Translations under genes and position numbers: made by a program
Notes under the pieces: generated by a model
Told to the model about the DNA's origin: nothing
The model's input: only the letters and a program-made list of their open reading frames with translations
The model's database searches: none
Origin: Promethearchaeota archaeon
GTDB taxonomy: Archaea > Asgardarchaeota > Heimdallarchaeia > Hodarchaeales > Hodarchaeaceae
Reading direction: 5' to 3'
DNA length: 64,000 bases
Assembly: GCA_048938105.1 (NCBI GenBank)
Contig: JBHLMN010000002.1
Span: 32,001-96,000 of the forward strand
Shown: piece by piece, positions 39,620 through 48,970 of the stretch
How positions within the stretch are numbered: the first letter of the stretch is position 1
Layout: each line of letters begins with the position of its first letter

Positions 39620-40795
39620 TTATTCACGTACCCCCCACCAGGAAATAGGTAAATTTTTACCTTCTTCAAAAGCTTTCTTAGCTCTATTATACATTCCGTG
39701 ATAGCCACTAATGAGAGTGTCTCGGCCACCTAGTCCAATAGTGTATTCAGCTAGTAAAGGAGAAATCCCACTACCAAATAGGGCTGATTTAATGTCCTGA
39801 CTAAGAATGGCACCAGGACCACCAAATGAGTGGGCTCGTTCAACTGAGATTAATCCTTTTAGGTCTCTGCAAAGGTCTACAATACGATCACCCCAAAAAG
39901 GGCGGTAAACTCGGATCTTGATTAGACCTACTTTTTCTCCTTTCGCTCGAAGCTCATCGATCGTTGTTCGAGCATTACCAGCTGAAGATCCCATAGTAAT
40001 AAATGCATATTCCGCATCATCCATCAAATAGGATTCAATAGGCTCATATTTGCGTCCAGTTTGTTTTTCCCACTCGCTAAAAACCTCAAGGATGACTTTT
40101 CTCGCTTTTTCTTGAGCATCTTTGATTTGGGCGCGAGCTTCCATGTAATAGTCCTGTAAATGGAGAAGACCAATACTGAATGGATTTTCTGTGTCTAGTT
40201 TTAGATCTGCTTTTCTTTCACCCCCAATGAACCTCATTGCTTCTTCACGAGAGACCGCTTCAATTCCCTCAATGGCGTGAGATAGAATAAATCCATCAAG
40301 ACCCACTGCTACTGGTAATAAGACCTCAGGATTTTCGCCAATCTTGAAAGCCATAATGGTTTGGTCATGAGCTTCTTGATTATCCTCACAGAAAAGACTA
40401 ATCCAACCAGAGTCTCTTAAAAGCATTTGATCAGTCATTTCACCATGGATGTTTATGGGACCACTTAACGCTCGGTTGGCAAGTGCCATGACAATGGGTG
40501 TGCGAGAAGAAGCTGCGATAAAAACTATTTCGTACATAAGCATGAGTCCAGCGCTAGCAGTGCTAGTAAAAACACGGGCGCCAGCAGAACTAGCTCCCAC
40601 GCACGCAGACATCGCACTGTGTTCTGATTCAACTGTGACAAATTCAGTGTCGACTTCACCATCAGCAACAAAATCAGCGAATCTTTCTACTATAATCGTT
40701 TGAGGTGTGATAGGATAAGCAGCAACCACATCAGGATTAACAGCTTTTGCCGCGAGTGCTACTGCATCATCACCAGTGACTGCGATTCTTGCCAT
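39620..40795 (-). CDS. porA: Pyruvate (2-oxoacid):ferredoxin oxidoreductase alpha subunit
   Basis: AAYPITPQT, VESEHSAMS, ANRALSGPINIH, GLGGRD. Confidence 0.92.
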   Translation of the reverse strand: MARIAVTGDDAVALAAKAVNPDVVAAYPITPQTIIVERFADFVADGEVDTEFVTVESEHSAMSACVGASSAGARVFTSTASAGLMLMYEIVFIAASSRTPIVMALANRALSGPINIHGEMTDQMLLRDSGWISLFCEDNQEAHDQTIMAFKIGENPEVLLPVAVGLDGFILSHAIEGIEAVSREEAMRFIGGERKADLKLDTENPFSIGLLHLQDYYMEARAQIKDAQEKARKVILEVFSEWEKQTGRKYEPIESYLMDDAEYAFITMGSSAGNARTTIDELRAKGEKVGLIKIRVYRPFWGDRIVDLCRDLKGLISVERAHSFGGPGAILSQDIKSALFGSGISPLLAEYTIGLGGRDTLISGYHGMYNRAKKAFEEGKNLPISWWGVRE

Positions 40796-41143
40796 TTAAA
40801 TTTCCTCCATAACTATTGCTTTCTTTCCTTTTCTACCAGGACATTCATTCGCACAGACACCACACCCCTTACAATAGAAATAATCAAACTTTGGACGTTT
40901 TTTGCCGTCATCATCGGTTTCCATTTTGATTGCATTATCTGGACAATAAAAATAACATTCCAAACATGAAATGCAATTTTCGGCAATTAAGACTGGTCGC
41001 ATTGAAGCCCAATCACCAGTACGGAAAAATTTTGCGCTCCCTGCTGGTGCGCTGCCAGCCATTGGAAGTTTTTTATACCCCCATTTTTCTTTTACCCATT
41101 GTTTGAATTCTTCATCTGACACATCTGTTGGAAGAGTAGGCAT
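40796..41143 (-). CDS. porD: 2-oxoacid:ferredoxin oxidoreductase delta subunit
   Basis: TGDWASMRP, CISCLECYFYCPD, YCKGCGVCANECP. Confidence 0.92.
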   Translation of the reverse strand: MPTLPTDVSDEEFKQWVKEKWGYKKLPMAGSAPAGSAKFFRTGDWASMRPVLIAENCISCLECYFYCPDNAIKMETDDDGKKRPKFDYFYCKGCGVCANECPGRKGKKAIVMEEI

Positions 41144-41715
41144 TAGATTTTAACCTCCGCAAAAGAACGGTTTACAGCATTAATGTTCTTCTTAGCTGGT
41201 TCTTCTCTGAATCTAGCCATAATAGCTTTCTTAATTGAGTCAAGTTTTATCACTCCTTCACTAGTAAGTTTAATCAAGGCTCCTAAAATGGCCGTATTGG
41301 TCTGCTTAATTCCAATCTCATCTGCTGCAATTTTAGTAGCATTTACTGTAGCATATTTCGCATCAGGGCGAGATTTCCTCAGGTTATTAACTCCTTCGGA
41401 ATTAGGGTCATCTGTATTAATAATTACAAGCCCTCCTTCTTTTAGGCCTGCAGCCACATCCACTTGCCCTAATAGCGTGGGATCCTGTACAATAACGATG
41501 TCTGGTTCGTAGATCTCCGTCTTAACATAAAAACGTTCATTAGAGATACGTGCAAATGCTGCAATAGGTGCTCCTGAGCGTTCAGGTCCAAATGAAGGAA
41601 AGGCATGCACATATTTATCTTCAAGAAGGGCAGCTTCAGCAATCAGATAACTACTGGTCATAACTCCTTGACCCCCGCGTCCGTGGAGACGTATATCAAT
41701 AATATCCGCTGTCAA
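41143..41715 (-). CDS. porG: 2-oxoacid:ferredoxin oxidoreductase gamma subunit
   Basis: IRLHGRGGQG, FPSFGPERSGAP, NTAILGA. Start set at the TTG after GGAG. Confidence 0.9.
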   Translation of the reverse strand: MTADIIDIRLHGRGGQGVMTSSYLIAEAALLEDKYVHAFPSFGPERSGAPIAAFARISNERFYVKTEIYEPDIVIVQDPTLLGQVDVAAGLKEGGLVIINTDDPNSEGVNNLRKSRPDAKYATVNATKIAADEIGIKQTNTAILGALIKLTSEGVIKLDSIKKAIMARFREEPAKKNINAVNRSFAEVKI

Positions 41716-41983
41716 AGAAATTACAACTCCTAGTTTTTTGTTCAATAATGTTAAAAATATATGCTAGGCTAATCCTCCTATTTTATGATTGTTTTTTAGT
41801 GGTGTTGCTTAACAATGGTAAAGATATTTACTCTCAAATAAAAGGTCATTTAGAAAGAAAAAAAAACATAAGCAAAAAATAAATTATAATGTATCAATAT
41901 AGTCAATGATGCAAAAAAAATCAATTAATGTTGTATTAAGCTATTTCGTGCGAAATTGTCTCTGAGAGTGAGGTTATTCTCTC

Positions 41984-42508
41984 ATGCGAAACGAATGGGT
42001 ACTAAAAATCTGTTCTGCAGGGTCATATCAGGTAGGTAAAACCAGTCTTATTCGTCGATTCGCAGAAGGTAAGTTTATCCACGACTATCTACCGACCATC
42101 GGAGTAGATATTACGACTAAGAAGATAACTGTTGATGATCATCAGGTTAAAATCGTATTGGTAGATACAGCGGGGGAGGAATATTTTGGGAGAATTCGAA
42201 AGACTTATTTTGAAGGTGCTTTTGGCTGTATCATTTGTTACGACATTACGCGGCGTGAAACTTTCGAGGATCTTGATCGATGGATCTCTGATTTCCGTGG
42301 TGTGGTCGGGAAAGATGCAGCTATTTCGATCATTGGAAACAAGATTGATTTAGAAGACCTACGTTGCGTTACTAGCGAAGAAGGGAACAAGATTGCTCAT
42401 CGCTATGGTGTGCCTTTCTATGAAACATCTGCAAAGTTAGGAGGGGAAGTGATTCCAGCTATTTATGAGGAGCTTGTACGGCGATATTTCATATATTTGC
42501 AAGAATAA
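41984..42508 (+). CDS. Rab-like small GTPase
   Basis: GSYQVGKT, PTIGVD, DTAGEE, NKID, ETSAK. Confidence 0.92.
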   Translation: MRNEWVLKICSAGSYQVGKTSLIRRFAEGKFIHDYLPTIGVDITTKKITVDDHQVKIVLVDTAGEEYFGRIRKTYFEGAFGCIICYDITRRETFEDLDRWISDFRGVVGKDAAISIIGNKIDLEDLRCVTSEEGNKIAHRYGVPFYETSAKLGGEVIPAIYEELVRRYFIYLQE

Positions 42509-42613
42509 GAGAAACTAAGTCTTTAAAATAATGAATTTTTAAGCATCTACTTATTGGTATTTTCTTATTTTATTCCTATGAATGTTTTTAAACTTAATTT
42601 CTAGTGAGACTAG

Positions 42614-42913
42614 AGTTTTGTTAATAATAAAGAAGTATTTGTTTATGGTGTCAGTACAGGAGTTTTTTTGTCACTACTTAAGATTGCATGAATTGGAAAA
42701 AATTCCATTCTTGAATTCTCATATGTCTCATTTCATAGACCTGATAGTTCAACTACAGCCGAATCAACCTACCCTGAAAGTATTTGATATTATAATACTG
42801 CTGGTACAAATGAAAATTCACCAGGTTTGTTTATTACCTCCATTTTCGACTCCATATATCTGGTTATTATCATCTTAGGAGTCATCGTTCACTTTCAACG
42901 ATACTTTAGATGA
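42614..42913 (+). pseudogene. Relic of a secreted, C-terminally membrane-anchored protein
   Basis: One frame reads YGVSTGVFL...SSTTAESTYPES...SPG followed by a hydrophobic tail and QRYFR; two internal TGA stops and no start. Confidence 0.4.
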
Positions 42914-43041
42914 AAATATTTTATAGAAATGTATTAAATATTACTATAAATTACTAAGAATAAATAAGCCAAAGAGAAAATTATAAATTTAAAATTACTT
43001 CAAAAAAGGTGTTTTTAACATTATAAAGTTGAGAGTGTTAA

Positions 43042-43581
43042 ATGAGTGCCTCTAAAGATGGTTGGATATTAAAGATCTGTTCAGCAGGTTCTTATGGAGT
43101 TGGTAAGACCAGTCTTATTCGACGTTATGCAGAAAATAAGTTCTCTTCAAGTTATACGCCAACAATAGGTGTAGATATCACTACAAAACGAATTACTGTT
43201 GATAACCAGCGAATCAAGCTACTGCTGGTCGATACAGCTGGCCAGGAGTATTTTGGGAATCTCAGGAAAACGTATTTCCAAGGGGCTTTCGCTTGCATGT
43301 GCTGCTATGATATTACAAACAAAGACTCTTTTAAAGATCTTGATCGTTGGATTGCTGATTTTCGAGGTGTTGTCGGAAGAGAAGCAATCATAGCAATAAT
43401 CGGAAATAAAACTGATCTTAAAGAATTACGTAATGTAACCACTCAGGAAGGAAGAAACTATGCTAATCAGTACGGAGTTCCATTCTACGAGGTTTCTGCT
43501 AAGATTGGAGGGGAAACCATTCCAGGAATATACAAGGATCTCGTTCTCCAATACCTTGAATCCTTAAAAGAAGAAAGCTAA
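43042..43581 (+). CDS. Rab-like small GTPase (paralog of 41984)
   Basis: GSYGVGKT, PTIGVD, DTAGQE, NKTD, EVSAK. Confidence 0.92.
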   Translation: MSASKDGWILKICSAGSYGVGKTSLIRRYAENKFSSSYTPTIGVDITTKRITVDNQRIKLLLVDTAGQEYFGNLRKTYFQGAFACMCCYDITNKDSFKDLDRWIADFRGVVGREAIIAIIGNKTDLKELRNVTTQEGRNYANQYGVPFYEVSAKIGGETIPGIYKDLVLQYLESLKEES

Positions 43582-43599
43582 GTGTTTCACTGGAAAAAT

Positions 43600-44793
43600 T
43601 TATTTTTTTTCTGTCTCAGATTCTGTTTCTTCCTTTCCTTCCGACATTACCTCTTTTTCTACCCTTTCTATTAACTCAAATTCTTCTAATCCTTCATTTT
43701 TTTCTGTTTTTACTTCCGTAACCTCTTCCTCTATATCCTTTCTTGTCTCTACTTCTTCTAGGTCTTCTTTTACTTCAGTCTCTACACCCATGGTTTTTTC
43801 ATCTTCCTCTACTTCTTTAGTTTCTTCTTCAACCTTTTCTTCTATTTCCTCCTCTAAGTCCTCTTCTTCCTCTTCATAATCACCCATTAGACGTTTTAAT
43901 CGCCAGAGCATTTGAAGTTTAAGCCGACGACTTTCATTATCGAAACCAAAGTCATAGGCAAATTTTGGTGTTGAGGTGTAGACTATTGATCTTGCACGTT
44001 TTTCTCCTACAATATAACCCCTAGCTTCAAGGCTATGGCAAATTTCATTAATCTTTATAGGTCCAATCTTCTTAACGATTTTTTTAACCATTGCCAAAGA
44101 AATTGGCTGACGATAGGCAATCTCAGTCATAATTCGCCTTTCTTCTGACGTCATGAATCGTTCAGGAACCAGGGATTGGAAAAATTCATGATAAATTGGA
44201 TTTAGTTGTAGAACCCAACGATCTTTGGAAATTTCTTCAATTACTATTGGTGAATTGTGCTTCCTACTTCTTGCAACCTTTCTCAAAGTGCGTTTAACGA
44301 GAGGTGACTCTTCTTGTAAACTTTCAATGAGTTCTGATGTATGTATGGGTCTTCCGACGGAAAATAAGGCGCCTTCAATTCGTTCTTCAAGACTAATCGG
44401 AATAAGCTCTGTTCCAATGGAACTTAATTGAGGAGTAACTAGTTCAGGTGTATCAGCCTGAACTTTTAAAAGTTCTGGGGATATAAAATCATAAATTGAA
44501 ACTTGTGTTTCAACTATTGCCTCTGCAAAGGGAAGGAAGTCCAAAATTGGTTCTACAGTTTTCGGTTCCTCTGGAATTGGCTCAGTAATAATTTTTGGAA
44601 TAGCTGCAAATCTTTCTTCGAAAGGAGTCTCAGAAGTAGAGAACTCTTCAATTACTTGAGCCTGAGCGTTCTCTGGAGTAACTTCAGGTGTTTCCTGAGT
44701 TTGAGGAGGTACTCTTACTTTAGATTCTAATTCCTCTTCAACAGCTTGTTCTTTCTTTTTATCCTTTTTTCGACGTCGAAAAAGACGGAACAT
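43600..44793 (-). CDS. scpB: ScpB/kite-family SMC subunit with long N-terminal extension and acidic C-terminal tail
   Basis: IEGALFSVGRPI, WVLQL, IAYRQPIS, YTSTPKFAYDFG tandem winged-helix core. Confidence 0.85.
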   Translation of the reverse strand: MFRLFRRRKKDKKKEQAVEEELESKVRVPPQTQETPEVTPENAQAQVIEEFSTSETPFEERFAAIPKIITEPIPEEPKTVEPILDFLPFAEAIVETQVSIYDFISPELLKVQADTPELVTPQLSSIGTELIPISLEERIEGALFSVGRPIHTSELIESLQEESPLVKRTLRKVARSRKHNSPIVIEEISKDRWVLQLNPIYHEFFQSLVPERFMTSEERRIMTEIAYRQPISLAMVKKIVKKIGPIKINEICHSLEARGYIVGEKRARSIVYTSTPKFAYDFGFDNESRRLKLQMLWRLKRLMGDYEEEEEDLEEEIEEKVEEETKEVEEDEKTMGVETEVKEDLEEVETRKDIEEEVTEVKTEKNEGLEEFELIERVEKEVMSEGKEETESETEKK

Positions 44794-44802
44794 GGTTTAT
44801 CC

Positions 44803-45369
44803 TCATTCAAACTGGAGTTGACGCAGTGCGTAATCCTTTAACCCCATTCTTATGGCTATCTTTGTCTTATCTGGCTCTAAGGGAAGCTTAAACAATTGTA
44901 AGAAGTCTTCAGTGACATTAATGATATTTCTCTTTCCCTTTGGAGTAATTGTGATTAGATTCATTGTTCTCAATTCTTGTAAGTCATCCTTGACTCTTTT
45001 CCCAAGTATCTTTTGGAGCTTACTAGGGGTTACCTGTTCATCCAAAACAAATTCTTTGAAGGCAGTGAGGCTTAGAACCTTTAATAAATGGCGAGGAACT
45101 TCTGAACGCTGAATAAACGGCCAATGTAAATGAGCAGCTACTTCATCTCTCAGTCTCAATTGAACAACACCCTCCTCGAGGTTTACAATAGTATAAGCTC
45201 GCTTCTGGTCTATGTGATCGTCACGGATTTTTTCAATAAGTCGTTCCACTTCACCCTCACTCTTCTGAATCAGTTCTGCTAACTCTGCAAATCTCATTGG
45301 CCTGTCATATAAGTATAATGCAGCTTCAATCACATGTTTTTCTTTCAAAGCTCCAAGTTCCATAATCAA
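44803..45369 (-). CDS. scpB: Second, divergent ScpB/kite paralog
   Basis: IEAALYLYDRPM..EL, VQLRL, LKVLSLTAF, DLQELRTMNLI, VTEDFLQLFKL. Confidence 0.78.
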   Translation of the reverse strand: MIMELGALKEKHVIEAALYLYDRPMRFAELAELIQKSEGEVERLIEKIRDDHIDQKRAYTIVNLEEGVVQLRLRDEVAAHLHWPFIQRSEVPRHLLKVLSLTAFKEFVLDEQVTPSKLQKILGKRVKDDLQELRTMNLITITPKGKRNIINVTEDFLQLFKLPLEPDKTKIAIRMGLKDYALRQLQFE

Positions 45370-45585
45370 ATCCGAACCCGAGGTTATTATAATTACTTTA
45401 TTTGTATTGAAGAATTATGGCTTTATATTGATTTTTTAATGTGACTTCATCAACTTCTATATATTTTCTAGAAATTTTTAGTAAATTTCATTCAAAAGAA
45501 AAACTTAATTTATACAAACTACGTACGGAATTAAAAGGTACGAAATTCATTATAAAGCTTAAAAAATTTAATAGGAAGTGAGATA

Positions 45586-47988
45586 ATGGCCAGTCTTGGA
45601 TTAGAATCATTAGATTTAAATTTTCAGGAGTCGAAAGTATATATCACCCTCCTCGCGTTGGGACCTCTTTCTCTTGGTGAAATAATTAAAAACACTGAAT
45701 TCACTTCAGCAGATACAATAAAATCACTTGAGAATTTACAGAATAAGGGATATGTCCATCAAATACCAGGTGTTGCAGATCGTTTTAATGCGATAATCCC
45801 TTTCAATGATCTAAAAGCCTCTACTAATACAACTATTTCACAGATGGAACATCTCGCCTCCCAACTTGATGACCATATAGCAAAGAAATTAGAGATTATT
45901 TTAACAAAAGTGCGTGAAGAATCTCAAAAGATAAGTGATGGTATAGAAACAGCTCGAACAGCGATTAATCAATCAGAAATGAAGGCTGAAGGTGATATTG
46001 AAGCAAGAATTGCAAGATACACTCTCGAAGTGGAACAGGGAACCGACCAGACAAAAAGTGACATTAAAAAAACATTTGAAACCAAACAAAGTGAACATCA
46101 AGCATTAATATCAAATTTAAAAGCACTATCAGATCAAAAAACAAATGAAATGAGTGCAAAATATCATGAAGTTAATCGACAATTCCTTGAGAAATATCAA
46201 GAGGGAATTGATCAATTAAAAGCCTCAGAGTCTCAACGAAACCAGTCTTTGACTAATATGAATGAAACATTGACTTCACAATTAAACGATTCTCTTACCC
46301 AAGGTATTCAGAATGTACATCAATCAATGGATGCAACTGGACAGACTTTATTCCAATCGATTGGTGAACGAAATGAAAAACTGAGTGCACACATTACAAA
46401 TGTCTCTGCTGAGATAGCGAGTACAGTCACTACAGTCAGTGAGGATGGCCAAGGTAAAATTGTGTCATCTCTTGGCTCATGTAACGAGAGATTTCAGCAG
46501 CAGCTCGAAACAAGTAAAAAGGATGCAATAGAAGCTTTTTCTGCTACACGCGACGAAATTAAGTTAAAAACCGACAATAGTGCTCAAAACTTACAAGAGC
46601 AGCTGAACGAAACTTTGGTGATCACCCAGGATCATATTATTGAAATGTTACAGCAAGCACAGGAAATGTTATCAACAAAGGTAGCTGAGGCTAGAAATAA
46701 GGTGGAGACTTCTCTCGGGGAGTTCTCAGAGGCAGTCAAATTGGAAACAGATAATGATGTTCAGAAAATTATTGTTAATACAGAATCAACATTTGGGGGA
46801 CTTACGCAAGATACACAGACCACTTACCAACAATCTGCTGAACAAATCGCTGCAGCATTCAATGGAATGATATCGGATGCGAAGGAGAAAACCGAGAAGA
46901 CCAAAGGGGACGCATTACTTGAATTACAGGAGGTTGTTGAAACTCTAAAAACTGAAATCATTTCGCAGTTGGAGCAGTTTAAACAAACCTTATCACCCCA
47001 AACACAATATCTAAACGATGAGCTTGCCAAATTTAAGACAGAGCTTACAACATCACGAACCCAAGCAATAGAAACATTCAACAGTATGATGGAAGATTTT
47101 AAATCTTCTGTTAACACGAAACACCAAGAAATCGAAATGTTCGTTACTCAAGAGATCAATGTTTTGTTAGAAAATACTAATCAATTTGTCGGAGAACTAA
47201 ATGAGCAAATAAAGAACTATGATACTAAATTTAATACTACTCTAATTGAATCAGCTGTTAAAGGTTCAGAAAAACTCATTGTTCAAATTCGAGAACTTCA
47301 CGAAAAAGTGGTTAATGTTGTGAATGAAATGAGTAAAAATGCTACAGATCAACTTAGCGCGACCAGTCAGTTGATTGCAGGTAGTATTCAAGCTGAGATA
47401 ACAACATTAGAAACAGAACTCACAGATTATTCTACAAAGTTTAAGGAAGTGACACAACAAAACGAGGAGGTGTTCAAGAACTATTTATTTTCACTAGAGA
47501 AGCTCTCATCTTTGGTAACAGATACAAAGCATCCTGAAGTTCAAACAGCACCAATTGTTTCTCGTGAAGCAGTATTAAATTATATACATCATATGTTTGC
47601 AAGGATGAAAGGAGGTATGACCCTATTAATTCCTCAAGTGAGCGATATCCCCATCGATATGATTCTCGAGACAAAGAATCATCAAAGAATTAACTTAGTC
47701 TCAGTTATAGATCCCAACACACATACTGATCTTTTGAAACGGCTATTTTCGAAACCCAATGTTCGTGTTAGAAGTGTAGATACTACAAAATTCGAGGACG
47801 TTGGAAAATATATTGCAGCTGATCGTGATGGTGAAGAGGTTATTATTGGTATTACAGAAGATCAGGGGGAAACAGTAGCAATCGCCAGTTATGCGGATTC
47901 CTTTGTTACATTGATGGGAAAGATAGTACTTGGGGATTACTTCCTAGCACGTTCAATTGAGATCACTCGTTCAGAGGTAGGAATGTAA
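45586..47988 (+). CDS. TrmB-like winged-HTH protein with ~550-aa hendecad coiled coil and C-terminal alpha/beta domain
   Basis: N-terminal LDLNFQESKVYITLLALGPLSLGEI..SLENLQNKGYV; 11-residue periodic helical middle; C-terminal REAVLNYIHHMF..IAADRDGEEVIIG. Confidence 0.75.
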   Translation: MASLGLESLDLNFQESKVYITLLALGPLSLGEIIKNTEFTSADTIKSLENLQNKGYVHQIPGVADRFNAIIPFNDLKASTNTTISQMEHLASQLDDHIAKKLEIILTKVREESQKISDGIETARTAINQSEMKAEGDIEARIARYTLEVEQGTDQTKSDIKKTFETKQSEHQALISNLKALSDQKTNEMSAKYHEVNRQFLEKYQEGIDQLKASESQRNQSLTNMNETLTSQLNDSLTQGIQNVHQSMDATGQTLFQSIGERNEKLSAHITNVSAEIASTVTTVSEDGQGKIVSSLGSCNERFQQQLETSKKDAIEAFSATRDEIKLKTDNSAQNLQEQLNETLVITQDHIIEMLQQAQEMLSTKVAEARNKVETSLGEFSEAVKLETDNDVQKIIVNTESTFGGLTQDTQTTYQQSAEQIAAAFNGMISDAKEKTEKTKGDALLELQEVVETLKTEIISQLEQFKQTLSPQTQYLNDELAKFKTELTTSRTQAIETFNSMMEDFKSSVNTKHQEIEMFVTQEINVLLENTNQFVGELNEQIKNYDTKFNTTLIESAVKGSEKLIVQIRELHEKVVNVVNEMSKNATDQLSATSQLIAGSIQAEITTLETELTDYSTKFKEVTQQNEEVFKNYLFSLEKLSSLVTDTKHPEVQTAPIVSREAVLNYIHHMFARMKGGMTLLIPQVSDIPIDMILETKNHQRINLVSVIDPNTHTDLLKRLFSKPNVRVRSVDTTKFEDVGKYIAADRDGEEVIIGITEDQGETVAIASYADSFVTLMGKIVLGDYFLARSIEITRSEVGM

Positions 47989-48076
47989 TTTTCGTTCTTT
48001 TTTCCTCTTTTTTCTTTTAGTTGAACAACTTATATTCATAAACTCTAGTAGAGAATTCAAGGGATAAGTCTCTGAT

Positions 48077-48934
48077 TTACTTCTTCATCCCAAATTTAGT
48101 TACTTGTATATAAATCTCATAAGGGGGATTTAATTCCTGTTCTGCTGTGATGAGCTCATCTCGAAAAAGATAGAGACAAGAGATCAAAACACGAGCTCTA
48201 ATAAGCCGTCTTTGTTCGTCAGATACACTTCCTTGCTCCATTTGTGTAACTACTTTAGAAAACTCCGCTTCTTTGTTTTTATCATTGAGTGCGATTTCTT
48301 TAATGATTTCGAGGGTATTCCTGACGATTTCTTCAATAGCAACTCTGTCTAAGTCGAGTTCATAATCAAAACTTTCGAAATCCGCTAGTTCCAGCTTTCT
48401 TCGTCGCCTCGTAACATCCCCCTTCATTTGTTTCTTCTCTGCTTTAATCTTTTCTAGCTTTTTCTTTTCATCTTCTTCTTGGAGGCCCAGTAGGAGCTCT
48501 GAATAAAAAGATTCGGGATTCGCAGATTCTGCCAATGCGAGAAGTTCTCGGGTTATATAGAAATGAAGGGGGATTTTAAATTGAAATGCTCGTCTCTTAG
48601 CTCGAATTGCCAGTTTTTCCTCTTGTTTTTTCTCATATTGTATTGCTAAACTTACCTTCTTCTTATGGATACGGGAGGCCGAATAAATAGCTTGCCCAAG
48701 GATACGAAAATCTAGTCCCTGCTTTTGTAATTTACGATGAAAATCTGGCAAGATTTCTTTCATACTAAAATCTCGGATATAAGCTACCCGCTCAGGGAAA
48801 AGATCTGGGGCGATTAAGTAGATATATGGCTCTTCTAAGAAGAATTGCCCACTATGGCTGAACAATCGTACGTAGTCCTCCTCCTCCTCCTCCTCCTCCT
48901 TTTCTGATGGTTCAATTTTCTCTAATTCGGCCAT
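48077..48934 (-). CDS. scpA: ScpA-like kleisin
   Basis: DFRILGQAIYSASRIHKKK (N-kleisin helix) and RVLISCLYLFRDELITAEQE..YEIYI (C-terminal winged helix); directly downstream of smc. Confidence 0.75.
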   Translation of the reverse strand: MAELEKIEPSEKEEEEEEEDYVRLFSHSGQFFLEEPYIYLIAPDLFPERVAYIRDFSMKEILPDFHRKLQKQGLDFRILGQAIYSASRIHKKKVSLAIQYEKKQEEKLAIRAKRRAFQFKIPLHFYITRELLALAESANPESFYSELLLGLQEEDEKKKLEKIKAEKKQMKGDVTRRRRKLELADFESFDYELDLDRVAIEEIVRNTLEIIKEIALNDKNKEAEFSKVVTQMEQGSVSDEQRRLIRARVLISCLYLFRDELITAEQELNPPYEIYIQVTKFGMKK

Positions 48935-48970
48935 TTTAGAGCCTCAGATAAAGGTGATAACATTCGCACA

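Noticed and set aside
42614-42913. Two in-frame TGA codons suggesting readthrough or an alternative genetic code
   Set aside because: TGA terminates normal genes elsewhere in the window; there is no start codon or Cys-motif context. A pseudogene relic is simpler.
48876-48900. (GAG)n microsatellite in scpA as a phase-variation site
   Set aside because: An in-frame triplet repeat encoding poly-Glu; slippage would not switch expression.
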